In this document: one piece after another, positions 27,001-39,764 of the stretch | Numbering within the stretch: position 1 is the stretch's first letter | Layout: every line of letters begins with the position of its first letter | DNA from: Podarcis liolepis | Lineage: Eukaryota | Strand: one strand, 5' to 3' | Assembly (NCBI GenBank): GCA_965112155.1 | Contig: OZ218098.1 | DNA: 64,000 bases | Notes under the pieces: generated by a model | Databases searched by the model: none | The model's input: only the letters and a program-made list of their open reading frames with translations | Told to the model about the DNA's origin: nothing | Position numbers and translations under genes: made by a program

Positions 27001-28918
27001 ACACAGATCTGCATGTGCAGCAGCTTTTTGTCAGGTGAATGGGATGTTCTGCACTCAAAAGAGCCTCATGTGTGCAACAGAAACCCCAGAAGAGTCTGGA
27101 TTAGAGTCTGTAGAAATTTGATCAAGTTCTCAGTCAGGGGCACATGGAAGTAAACAGCAAAAACCAAAACAAAACCCCAGCAGGTTGCATATCTAAATCC
27201 CAAAAAAATTCTACAGCCCATGCATCCATCCAGACTACTGCAGCCACTGATACCATTCACAATTTAGGCACCAATGTTTTATGATATGTGGTTGCATAAG
27301 GTAACATCAGGTGTTGGCATCAGCACTGGATTGCTCTTCCTATTCAAACTAGCCATTTTGCATCATGAACACAGAGCCACTGACCGGTTTGCATGTCTTG
27401 CCTGTGTTAATGGTCTCGACTGTGCCATCATTTAGATTATATGTCCAAAATGTGTTTTAAAGGTGGCAACAGTAATGAGCACAGGTCTGGCTGCCAGACA
27501 GTGAACCTAAATCTAAAACAAACGGCTTGGACAAATGTCAAGCCAGCAACTGCAAATAGATATGGTCATTGCTGAAAGAAGATATGGAGGAGAATCCCCA
27601 AGCTCCGGAATTGTTCATCATTCATGCCGGGACTCTTATTACATGCTCTGCATTGTGGCAGTCTCCATCTCTTAGCACCAGGAGTTATGCTGAACAACAA
27701 TGGCAAACTCGCTCACGTTGCCAGACACACTGGGAATGTCCATTAAAGCGTGGTGTGCATTGGCTAGACACGAATGTCAGACAATCACCTGTCCAAAGAC
27801 GACATGGCTTCTGCACTGGTCTAACACAATCACACATATACAAAGAATAACATTCAAAACTGGACTGGATTATTATTATTTGAAAAGGCTACAGACCCCA
27901 TTTTTTACCTTTACCGAAGCAGAATTACTTTTTCTTCTTGCTCAGACACAGAAGGATACTGTCAACTGATGGTGCACATTGTACTCCCATGGAGAAGTAC
28001 TAGCTGGAAGACACTGAAGGAATCTGCAGTAGGCTTTATGGGTTAGACTATGCTATGAAGACATTCTTCAGAGACAAACTGAACTCAAAACATTTTTTCC
28101 CAAGTGAATAAAAAATTATAAAAAATAAAATCAGCATTAGCACAAAGCTTGGTGATTTCAACAAGGACAGCAAGGCCATCAATCTAGCAGCTCCTTAAGA
28201 GACTACCACAATCAAAGTTAAAAGAAAATAGTTGCCCCACCCCTTCCAAAATCAAGATATTCCATGGCTCTTGTTCCACTCATCATATTTTCCCCAGTGG
28301 GATAAATTCTCTTCTACCCAGAGCCCATGCTTCAAGCACCCAAACCTATACTTCAGGTAATGTCATCCTACATTTCCCTCAAAACTATGGCTGGAAATGT
28401 TTCAAAATACTAGTTTTTGCGTGAAGTACCTTATCTTTGTTCTGTTTCCATTGAAGGCTGCATATTATTTCAACGTGTCGCAGGAAATGGTGATGACACA
28501 CTGATCAACCCCCAAACCTAAACACCAGAATCTTGAGCACAATGTTTGATAAGGCTTCTCTTGTGGATGACATTCATATTACCATTAACCTGTAGGCTTA
28601 TGAAGGACGCATCTCAGCGCATTGAAGGCATTTGTCTCCCATGTCCACTGAGTTTCTGAAGCGGTGCTGGGTAGCCAAGTACCATTCCACACAAAGTTAG
28701 CACATAATGGTTGGTTCTTGGACTGTCATGGCATCAGACACAAAGGCATCTCCAGCCATAAATATCCATAGCAGTATGCGATGTCTCTAGCTGAGGACTC
28801 CTCAAAAAATCTTAGGCAAGATGGTCCATTGTCCATAAGCAGTGGGTCCACTTAAGGAGATGTACTACTCAAAAGTAAGACCACTGATAAAAAAGAAAAT
28901 AAAAGGCCCACTGTATAA

Positions 28919-28926
28919 TATTTACA
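28919..28926 (-). promoter_or_regulatory. Pumilio response element (UGUAAAUA) in the proximal SEMA5B 3' UTR
   Basis: Plus-strand tatttaca reads TGTAAATA on the minus strand, about 90 nt after the stop codon. It matches the PUM1/2 consensus UGUANAUA. Function not shown. Confidence 0.35.
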
Positions 28927-29014
28927 TCTAGAGACTGGGCCAATATTTGGTCCATAAACTCAATGTAAAAAATAAAAATCATAAAGGAAGCGATCCAGTT
29001 CTTGGTGTCCATCA

Positions 29015-29170
29015 TCAGCTGTTGGTAAAGGTCCTTCCAGGGGAGGCCTCAGGCCTGTAGTCATACTTATTCAGTGTACTGGGGTAATAGGTGGTTGTGT
29101 ACACATTTGTTTGCTGCAAAGGATAGAAGTTGGTCCTGTCATCTGGTATTAAATTGTTCTTGTTAAGTGT
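29015..29170 (-). CDS. SEMA5B: SEMA5B last coding exon (cytoplasmic tail)
   Basis: Read manually. tttttccccccacAG acceptor. Translates TLNKNNLIPDDRTNFYPLQQTNVYTTTYYPSTLNKYDYRPEASPGRTFTNS then TGA (29017-29015), followed by a second TGA. This tail matches SEMA5B rather than SEMA5A. Confidence 0.94.
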   Translation of the reverse strand, partial: TLNKNNLIPDDRTNFYPLQQTNVYTTTYYPSTLNKYDYRPEASPGRTFTNS

Positions 29171-30947
29171 CTGTGGGGGGAAAAACAGAGAAATTTATAG
29201 AGACATTATTTTCCCTCCCTTGTCCAAAAAGCTCACATATTCCATTTTCTAACGCAATTTTATATTAGTACCTTCCCTCTTCTAAGGTGTTGTCTTAAGT
29301 ATTTTGTAGCTCTCTACAGAGACCTTTCTGTGGATAGGGCCACAACTCCTCCTGGCTTGCCACTGTTTTGGGCAATCTGAGCCAAGCCACTACTACAAAC
29401 TAAGATCTATGGGTTTCTCCAGATTTGCAGACATGGCTTACCCATATTGGTGACATGATGTTTGATGGTCGTCACCACCATCTCCATCACCCGACACTGT
29501 GCAACTGAGACTGGGGTCCCGTCTACATGTTTCACTCCAGCTCCCTCCCAAGAGTAAACCAAAAGGGCATTTCTCTTTTGATTTGGAAGAGCAGGTGCAC
29601 ATTTACCTGATCTCCATCTCCACTGGTAGATATCCAGGTTTGGACCCCCCGATATTAAGTGTGTCACTTCTGTAAGCTACAGTGTAAGTAACAAGGCATG
29701 GTCACATTTGAGGGGAAAAGGATGGCTGAAGAAAATTAACAACCAACAAAGTTACAAGTAGTTGTCAACAGCATGGAGAAAAAATGGAGGTGGGATGTAG
29801 GTATCATTTTAATTACTGATGTTTAAATAAGGGATTTCTTATTCTCCCCCCCTTCCTTTGCTGGGCATTTATTAATTAATTCCTTTCAATGGCACCACCA
29901 AAAGCTGATGTAAAAATTCACTGTCATTTCAACACACTCTTTATCTTTTTCTAGCTCATGTTTAATCTATCTGCTGGGCAGATATATTTTTCTGTGCCCG
30001 GAAAAAGTCTGTCATGTTTGAACACATTCAGAAAAAGAAACAGTGAAAAACAGCATCTTTGCAAAGGATTAAAAATATATAATTCCATAATCTTGATGTG
30101 GCTATTACAAATGAAACAGACAGTATCTTGCCCTCTTCTGACCTCAAATGTAGCTCTAGGTGATCTCTTAACCAGGTCACTGACCTAGTCAAAAACCACT
30201 TGAGCGCCAGCAAGTCTATAGCATCAGGTACAATTATCTTTCCTTATAAAGCACCCCGTCACACTAGAACAGGGGTGGGCAGATTTCGTGGTTGCAGGAG
30301 TGACTTTGTGTTTTACTAGAACCCATGAACCGGAGCCAGCTGCAGAGGACGCATGTAGAATCGAATTCTCAGCCCAAGGCATTTGTTTTGCCAGCACTGA
30401 AAGTTCTTCACAAAGGTTTATTCCTGATGGCAACCCCGCCACAACCACCTGCAACAATGACACTCCTCCTTTCTTCATTTCAAGAGTATCATTTAGGAAG
30501 GGAGTTAATTTTGTTATTAAAGAACAACAGAAATTGGTGATCTTGAAATCACCCAGATCTACCAGTAGATACAGATCTACCTTCTGCCCACTGCTACACC
30601 AGACACAATGAAGCTTTTAGATAGATGGAAAGTGGGTTAAACCCAAAAGTGCCTTTCTGTGTGTGAATGAGTCTTCTATGCATGGAAGGGCTGTTTTACA
30701 CATTGATCTCAAGTGTTCCACAATAAAACAAACAAAAATCAAAGGTGTTTTTCCTGCACAGTCAGATGCATACGGATTGCCTCCAAATCTCCACAATATA
30801 CAATAGAGACTATCATTCACTCAGCAGCCATGTGCTTGCATGATACTGACTGAGCATCCCACTCTTCCACTTCCATCCCTGCCACCTAAAGACCTTGCAA
30901 GCTACCTCACTGGTCATAACAACATCTACTGTATTTTTCTGTGTAGT

Positions 30948-31115
30948 CAGTGGAGCGGACTCCCTCAGGTGGTTGTGGACTCTCCTTCCTTGGAGGTTTT
31001 TAAGCAGAGGTTGGGTGGCCATCTGTCTTGGATGCTTTAGCTGAGATTCCCGCATTGAAAGGGGGTTGGACTAGGTGACTCCCAGGATCCTTCCCAACTC
31101 TACAATTCTATGATT
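30948..31115 (+). mobile_element. CR1 LINE 3' end
   Basis: gactctccttccttggaggtttttaagcagaggttgg...ttccc aactctacaATTCTATGATT; the ATTCTRTG terminal motif is characteristic of CR1. Confidence 0.88.
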
Positions 31116-33852
31116 GTAGCAACTCTGGTCAAACAAGGGTTGGGGGGGGGCTTTGAAGCCTTCCCATATGATACAAAACCCAGACTGGAATGAAAAGTGG
31201 GGGAAAGAGAGGAGAGGATGAGGGAACATGTAACAGTGGGGCCTATCAGTTGTGTGTTTGTGTGATTGTGGGGAGCCTTATATCCCGCCTCAAGATAACA
31301 AAAGGGCCTGCACTACAAGTGGTCAAAACCAAAGGCAGGTTTTGCTTGGAACGTCCCAACAACAGCAACACACTCCCGACTTTATACTGCAGCACAGCAG
31401 ACAGCAAAGATTCAGAGCTAGTGAATGGCTGCTAATATTCCACATAAATTTGACAGAGGCAAACATTCAAACCCTTAAGTGGCAGCATCCACTGATCTTA
31501 AATAAGACAAATGTGACAAGCCTACCAGGCTTGCTGCTGCCGCTGCCGCCATAAGGTAATGGCACCTCTGTAAGATGCATCATTGCTCTGCCGGTGTAAT
31601 CTTCACTGCATGAGAGCCACACCTCCCGAGCATGGCTGACTGCTCAATTTGACTCGACCCAATGAATTAAAGAGGGTCAGGGGAAGAGACTAATAGCTTT
31701 CAGCTAAGCTGTACTGCTAAATCCTTTTTGTTCCTCCTCAGTAAGCCTCCTTGCTTTCTCTTCCTAGCAGGCATTATGTAAATCAAGCATCCCTTGAAGT
31801 GATATTTAGAGCTGCGGGATAATACAATAAAAATAATGCTGTTTCCCACCTGCAAACCATTCCCTTTCATATCAGACTCTGCCCACTGTAAACATGTGCT
31901 TTGCCACTCAAGCGGCAAACATTCTTAAATGCCGGAAGGTGGGGGGAAAGGCTTTGGTACACATGAAAATCATAAGAACCAAAATTTGCATTTCACTTTT
32001 TTTGTTGGAGGAGGAGGAGGGTTGAGTGGATGGAATAAATGATTTGCTAATCTAGCCAAGAGCCTCAATTTTAAAGCCACGCAGTGAAGAGATGGGTCTC
32101 AAGGAGAAACCGTTACTAACTTTCCAGACTGCTGCAATTCATTCTTCTGACTGATGGCTAAACTGTAAACAGATTGATGCTGCAGCTTCAAACGATGTAC
32201 AACCGAAGGGTCACTACAGGAAGGAGGCTCTTGCTGTGGCTGTATCACTACTTCTGCCAGCCCACACATGGGAATCAAGGGTGAAGAAAGAAAACAGCCA
32301 GTAAAAGTGAAAGAGCAACCTATCAAATTAAAAGATAGGAGATTGCCATCTTGTGCTTTCCAAGGGATAGAAGGGTAAAAAAACTCCACAAGCCCGTTTC
32401 TAGCCCAGCTGCAAATACCTCCTGGGAAAGGAAAGGTGGTTCAAAGTCTTCTATGCTATCTCTGCCTCCCTGGACCCCGCAAGTGTTATTTTCAGCAGCA
32501 GTAAAAATGACCATCCACAAGGGAACAAGACGTTGAGAAGTCAGGCAGTGCTTTGGAACATCACATCCCCCTTCCAGTTTTATTTCTCATTTCACAGCTG
32601 GAAGGTCCTCCGATTTTTTTTTAAGATTGCCGCTTCATCTGAAATTATTATTCTTCAGGGGATGGGAGGAGAGCAGAGGCTCTGTTTCCCGGTCTCCAGC
32701 ACTGACATTTTCCCTACAGCATCTAGGTGTATATCTCTGGGTGGTTAATGAACCACATATCACACAATTCAATATCCCTTTCACCAAGGGTACTGCGCCA
32801 GACTGATGAAACCGGCTTTCTTTCTGTTGACAGAAGGAAGGCTATATTGTGGAAATCTCTCTGCAACCTGAAATAATTCCTGTAACTGGAAGTTACAAGG
32901 CTGTATTTTGCAAATCCTCCCTCCCTCACACACAAACACACTTCCTATTGCTTCATTCCCTCGTCACCAAGAGCCACCCATTCATGTGGCATGTCCAAGC
33001 ACCAGTGGTTCTAGGCTCCAACCATCCCCTTTTATTGGTGTCTTTTTCTTCACTATAACCCTGCCTGGCCCACAATCGACGACATTCCCTTTCCTTGCAG
33101 CCCTATATGACTGGGCCTGTTGCTCCTGATCTGCTTCCAAAGGACACCTTCCTCCTCCTGCCAAGCTCTCTTTTCTCTGGGCATGTGGCTGGCACTGGCA
33201 GCAGAGGCAAGGGCAACAAAGGACAAGTCTCCTGTCTTGAACAGCTTGGGACCTATATCTGAGTTTTGAGCCAGTTTGGCCATTCATCTTTTGTTTACAA
33301 GTCTGATGTGATACCATAAATATTCTGTATAATTCTACATTCTCCTTGGTCCCCCCCCCCCCCGCGCTGATGTGCTGCACTGAGCTCAGCTGATGTTTAC
33401 CCACATTGTTCTCCACTCGTGATCTAGCTCTCTTAAGACTAGCCGCAAACTAGCTGTAAACCATGAACAAACCTTGGTTACAGCTTATGGATAGGCTTGG
33501 AAAAGTGCTGAACTATGAGTCGAGATTTGGATGACAGGGGAAGACTACAAGCTCCTCCCTGGGAGCTTGCTCATACTTGCTATGTTATGGTTGTGATGTG
33601 CCAACCAGGCCTATACTTCCCATGGTTGCTATATGGTATCCTCGGGTTCAGGGATACTTTGGTTTGGTTTGCTGTGGAGCAAACAACGGAGGAGGACCAT
33701 TGTCATTGTTTGGAGGCTTCCTGCTAACCACTGTTGGTAAAGATTTTTGAATTAGATGGACCCCCTATTCCTGATTGAGTAGGTCACATCTTAAGAAGAT
33801 ATGAAGCCACTTTATAATCTCAGACAACGATCTAGTACAGTACTGTCTGCTC

Positions 33853-33968
33853 CAGCCTGCCCTTCCAGTAGCTGGAGACTTCCAACTCCCACCAGCCTCC
33901 CTTAGCACAGCCAGTGGTGAGAGTTACACTCCAAAACATCTGGAGAACACTAGGTTGGGGAAGGCTGG
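33853..33968. mobile_element. Degenerate palindromic hAT MITE
   Basis: ccagcctgcccttccag...actcccaccagc...gagttacactccaaaacatctggag...ggttggggaaggctgg; same core motifs as the other hAT MITEs. Confidence 0.55.
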
Positions 33969-34913
33969 TTTACTCTGAATGGTTACAGCTCTGTTACAGC
34001 TTGGGCATAGGTCCCAGACCTGCAACCGAAAAATATTTTACGTCAAGATGCCATATATTGAACTTAGAACATCTGCATGAGGGGGGAAAGGTGTTTGGTC
34101 AAGCTATCTTCTTGTTCATTTATATTTATTGCAGTTTGTGGGATTTTTAAACATTCTTTGTGCTTTTAGTGCAGAAATCCCAGATTCTTGCATGTGAAAC
34201 CTACTTGCATACTCAGCAGAATTAAATTTAGGAGAACCCTCGCACATAATTTTGCCCTTGGGGCTGCATGGGGGTGTGTGTCTTTTCCTCACTCAGCTGG
34301 TTGGCAACTCGTGAGTACTATGATCAGCCAATATATAGGCAGGACAGAAAATCCCCTTCCTCATATCATGGATCATTACAATCATGATTACCAGCAGACT
34401 GATAACCCTTGCTTGTGTGTATGGCCCTTTTGGAACTCTCACTTGGAAGCGCAGTATCTAAAACAGCAGGGGCTTATGTTTTAATAGCGTGCGCTATTAC
34501 AGCCCAAACAACCTGGCTGAGCAGGGAATGGTGGAAGGAGCTGCAACCTAATGCATGATGTAAACAACTCCTGTTACAATATGCATTCATGCTGAACAGA
34601 ACACAACACCATCAAAGGACTGTAGAAGCTATTTCTAATTAATGGAACATGAATGGCTGATTAGATGACTTGAAATATTCGCTCACAACCTTGGCTAAAA
34701 GATCTGACAGCAGAACCCAGAATATTCTGCACAAAGCAGGCAGAATATATCCACCCCCCTCCTCTCTGAATCATCAGTCTCTTGGCAGGTTATCAGTGAA
34801 ATGATCGATGGGTTACTGCCATCAACAGCATTTACATCTCATCCATATGTACTTGAATGCCCGAATCACCCTCATGCAGGTTCCACCTCCTTGTCATTAG
34901 ATCTTGCCTTCTT

Positions 34914-34967
34914 TGAAATATGCTGTGGTTAAAACACAGATGAAATATGCTGTGGCTAAAGCACAGC
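34914..34967 (+). repeat. 27-bp imperfect tandem duplication
   Basis: TGAAATATGCTGTGGTTAAAACACAGA / TGAAATATGCTGTGGCTAAAGCACAGC. Confidence 0.85.
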
Positions 34968-35803
34968 TTTTGAACAGGGAGGTTTGAAGAAACAAAAATA
35001 AAATACTAGAGATGGCTTTGGAAACCTCTGTATCATCATAGACCATTGACTGTTAACCCTCTGCGCCCCTTCCCACTATGTCAGAGGTGTTGGGGCGCCC
35101 TGTCTGACCACCACTTTGGTTCATTTAGAATGGAAGGAATGGCAGAGCTCCGGGAAATTCTGGATAACATTCCATCTCCCATTTTCTAACCTGTTGTGCC
35201 TTCCTGATTACTGTGTGAGACAACAACATCCTCCCTGTAAGTTGTAACAAACAACGCATTACAATTTTTGGCACATCAAGCACAGAACACGAGCTTTAGT
35301 TTGCCTTGCCGGCAGGCGCTCACCCCACCAAACACAGCAGATTCCATTGTTCAAAACAGTGTCAGGTCTAAGTGTCAGATCCACCTTGAAATCTCCCTGC
35401 CCCAACACCTAGTCATATCCATTTTGTAGACTTAAACAGACTTTACAGTCCCTCTTCCCTGAAAATTGTGCACCTGATGTGGGATGGGTGGTGGTGTGGG
35501 GGAAGAGATCTCTTATAAATCACAGCATGAAACTACCATTTCCAGAATTCTCTGTCATGAAAGGTATAAAACCAATGTGACTTTGCCATATAGATGGGGT
35601 CCTCTTCCTAATTGCCTTTTCACTCCTCTGTGTTTTTTAGACAATCTCAATTGCCTATAAGTCCAATGTGTGTCTGTCTCTGTGGTTTCTACCATGTGGT
35701 TCCCTATAGATAGAACAGTCTTAACCCCTCTGTTAAATAAGCCATTTCTTTCTCCTCCTCTAAGGATCCACTTCTTCAGCAACTCCTTTGCTGAGCTTCA
35801 CTT

Positions 35804-35835
35804 AGAATCATAGAATTTTAGAGTTGGAAGGGACC
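35804..35835 (-). mobile_element. CR1 extreme 3' tail fragment
   Basis: agaatcatagaattttagagttggaagggacc is the reverse complement of the CR1 terminal motif seen at 31085-31115. Confidence 0.65.
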
Positions 35836-36825
35836 ACACTTAACTTCACCTTTACTGCCCTCTGAGTCTTCCTTAGCCTATTCTCTACTACCTATCTGTC
35901 AACTTCTTATGTCTCCACCCCCACCTTATCTAGCTAATGTACATGACAAAATCTGAGGTCAGGGATTCTTACCACTATGATGCTTCTGCATAGCACTGAA
36001 TCAGATGCTTAAAGACCCCTTCCTATACAGGAATGACCTTACTGGGTTGGTGGGTGGAAGGGGATGAATGATTTCGGGACCAAGAAAATACCTCAAATTA
36101 ATGAAACAATCAGAAACTTACAGTAGGATCCAGATTGTGTTTTCCTTTCTGTAAAGATCAATATTTATTTAATTAGCCAAAAGAATGGAAAGGGGCAGGA
36201 AAAAAGAGAAGCAGAGGAGGGGAAGAATCTAATTTGTGAGACATGATTTACCTTCTACAAGTTCATGCTGACTTGCACTTAACAAAAGTGCTTTCTTATT
36301 AACCCTCCTCCAACTTTCTGCCAATGCAATCTTCCAAAACTTTTTTTTTTTTGCTTATATCAGGCAAAATAATTTTACAAGGAGCAAAGCATCTCTGAGT
36401 TGACTTTAAGTAAGTAAGAATGAGTATCTCCCTGCCCTTCACCATCTATATTGCAACTGCACCCACAAACCAGATGGGCTTCTTAGTGTGCAAAGACAAT
36501 GGATGAACATAGACACATGTATTCAGGATTCATGAGAACTTCAAAGAGTCAAATTCCTGAGGCCTGGTTTATGAGGTGGAGAGTCACAAATAAGCAACTG
36601 AGCAAGTCCGGACGTCAAGTTAAGTCTAGCATGCAAGCCCATAGAACAGGGCTGGTCCAACACATTTTGCTGCTTGAGCAGGAGGACAAATTTGGTGGTC
36701 CCCATTTCTACACAACAAAGCTGACTTGACTGGCAGCTGAATCTTATTTCAACACTGACAAGGCACCTGAGGGCAGCAGGCTCACTTGGAGAACACAAAG
36801 TGTAGACTTCATGGCACACACAGCT

Positions 36826-37285
36826 AGGAAGCTGCCTTTAACAGAGTCAGACTATTGGTCCATGTAACAATACTGTCGACACCATGGACAGCCAACACGA
36901 TGCCCTCCAGATGTTACCACGTTCACTATTTTAATGAAAAAGAAATAAGCAACAGGGGAGCGGGAAGGTAGGAGCTGTTTGGTTACATGGTTTGCACACG
37001 CTGTTGGAATACCATGCTCTTCTGCTACATGAGCATATGATCAAGCCCACATTGCTTGCCTTCAGTGCAAGTTTCCTTATGTAGGGGCCCCTCCAGGTAT
37101 TTTGGACTCCCAACAGAATGACCAATGTTCAGGGAATATAGGGAGTCTAGTGGTGCCATCCACCAACTGGAAGGCACCACATTACCTACCCTTGGTCTGC
37201 ACAGACTGCCAGTGGCTCCACAGGGTTTTAATCAGGGATATTCAAAGCTCTACCTTGAAATACTGCGGACTGAATCCAGGGCATT
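36826..37285 (-). mobile_element. Squam3-like SINE interrupted by a hAT MITE-bounded insert (36883-37194)
   Basis: SINE-like halves at 36826-36882 and 37195-37285. The insert has MITE-like ends and a degenerate 8-bp TSD GTCGACAC / GTCTGCAC. Confidence 0.5.
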
Positions 37286-39558
37286 TCCTAGGAGACTATT
37301 TTTAGTACAGTTAGAGATCCTGTGTTAAAGAACTGTGACACACTAATTGTTCTGCATTCTTTAGCTTACCCATAACATAAGCTTCACTTATGTTAGAGAA
37401 GTTTTAGAAATGGGGAGCATGCAGTCATAAAATCTCCCCTCCACACTCTGAAGGAATACAGTCCTAGGGGGGTTGTACTATAGGATTCCTCTGAATTTTT
37501 TAGAGGAGACCTCTAAGTTTCCCTAACTAAGAATACCTCAAGGTTTAAATTTCTTAGCTTCATGCATTTCATTTTTTGTGAAGAGAAAATTGCTGTTCAT
37601 TGATTCCAGATCTTTTGACACATGCTTTCTCATCCACCAAGATCGACATCACCAAAAATGTGCACTGAACCATTTCTAGAACACAATTTTGTCCTAATAT
37701 TAGGAGATTTAAGCTTCCCTTGAAAATTAACCTTTTTCCCTCAGAAAGCAAGAAATTATGTGAGGAAGCAAGCAAAACAGGCGATTCCTTACATCTCAGA
37801 AAGAAATTGTCATTGATAAGGAAGGCCAACTTAGCCAGTGCAGCTCTGGAAATAATAAGGTCTTGTTATTTTTCCAGACATCTGCTGGGCATGTAGCTTG
37901 TTAATCAAGACTTCAAAATAATTATTGATGCAACAGAGCTGGATTTAGGATTATCAAGGGTTAGTAACTGCCTGTGACACCACTGCCAATAAGGACAGGA
38001 GGAAACTCTCACTTGAGAGAAAGAGGCAGTTCTTCAAATGCAGAGTTGACCCCTTCCACACAGGTGAAGAGTACATCTCTGTAGGCAAGGGAGCTCCATC
38101 AATGAACTGAGAGAAGTGGGTAGGCCTGGGTGATCTATCCCCATTTGTTTGTTGGCAGTCGGTAAATTTTTCATTTGGAATTTGGCAGCTGCAGGTCAGG
38201 TAAGCTGCTTCTGAAGAATTTAGCTAACAGGCTCCAAAAACAAGCAGGTTGATAAGATGAAGGGTTGCTTCCGGTTGCCAAAACCTATATTTCAGCTCTG
38301 AAGGACATTTTTAAAAATTGTTTCGATGCAGTGGCACTAATTGAGAAATCCCTAAAAACGTTCTTGCTTTTTCTTTATCGCCAGGGCCATTTGGAAGCCT
38401 TACTTGCCAAGGAAGCTCTGAATCCAAGAGTGGCCTAATTGCAACCTGCTCCACTTTCTGTACCTGCTGCCTGTTTTTAAAACTATGAATAGCAATCTTT
38501 CTGCTCTTGCTCTCTGCAAGTTAATTAATTGCTTTTAAGAGGTATTTCCCCCTGCCTACAAGTTACTTTGCTGATTACAGATGCTGGGTGCTTTATTATG
38601 TGTTAATTACTACTGGGATACTTGCTAGCTTGTCAGGTTCATTTCTTGATAACAGAAATGCCAGATTTCTATTGAAAAAGAGGTTGCCAAGGCAACCAAT
38701 ACACTCTGGAGATAACTCTCTTTTGGATAGGCCTTCTAAGTAAGCAAAGAATGTGGTCAGAAAAAGGTGGTGTTTTATGTGGACATCATCATAACAATCT
38801 ATGGCCTTTTAAACTGTGGGTGTGGGGGTTATTGCTTCGTTTCTTGTTATGTGTTTTTGTGTTTTTATACATTAAACCGTCTTGTGATCATTGGATAAAG
38901 GGCTATATGGAAATTCAATAAATAAAAAACAAGAACTATACAAATGTAGCTATTATTTGATCCCTTCTGAGAAGCAACATGGGAGAAAATTTGGATGGGC
39001 CATGAGAGAGGATAGGAAAACAATATTATGTATGTAAAAATACATGCAAACATAGCAGAGCACAGCCCAATGGTTCCAAATCTAAATCGTGAACCTTCAG
39101 TAGGATGCTGGGCTTAACTCCACAATTTAAATATTGATACACCATGGCCCTTCAGAAACATGTCTTAGTAATGTTACCTAGCATATATGTTTGCAATGAA
39201 GGTGATGGAGAAAGCACGCTCACTCAATGATGGAGAAACAGGCTAGTCAACCACAGCAAGAAAACATCAACCACTGGTCTTTGGATTGAGGCTTGAACCC
39301 AGCTACACAATCAGAAGAACCACGTGGTAAAGTTCCTGCTGTGCAGAACAATTTCAGTGCTTCCGCATAATTCCCTGCACGTCAAAGAGATGGCAAAGTT
39401 ACCTACCCCACCTGTTTCAGCTGATCATGTAGCTCAGCTCTTAAGTGTGCTGGGAAAATTTGCTGAAGCAAACTGTACTAAAGGTTATGAGCCACTGGGA
39501 TGTGCTGCAAATGAATTCAGTGTATAACACAGACCTTTGGGCTGATGAAGCCTCTTAC

Positions 39559-39764
39559 CTTGAATTCCATAGGTGTGTATTTCTCATTCTTGGGAGTTGT
39601 GTTGCCTTTGTAATGGAGATGATTGGGAGTGGTGGGATGGATAACAGTTGACTCCTGAGATTGCCTCTGGCAACGCTGGCAGTACACATAGATAACAAAG
39701 GTTAAGAGGCTAGAACCAAAGAAGCAGGAGACCCCTGTGGCAATTAGGTGGATAAGGCTGAAAC
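39559..39764 (-). CDS. SEMA5B: SEMA5B transmembrane and proximal cytoplasmic exon
   Basis: ttcttctctAG acceptor and AAG|GTAAGA donor. Translates (G)FSLIHLIATGVSCFFGSSLLTFVIYVYCQRCQRQSQESTVIHPTTPNHLHYKGNTTPKNEKYTPMEFK. 206 nt, phase 1-0. Confidence 0.95.

Noticed and set aside
29012-29017. Programmed stop-codon readthrough or selenocysteine at TGA stops
   Set aside because: No TGA-CTAG context, and each TGA is immediately followed by a second stop.
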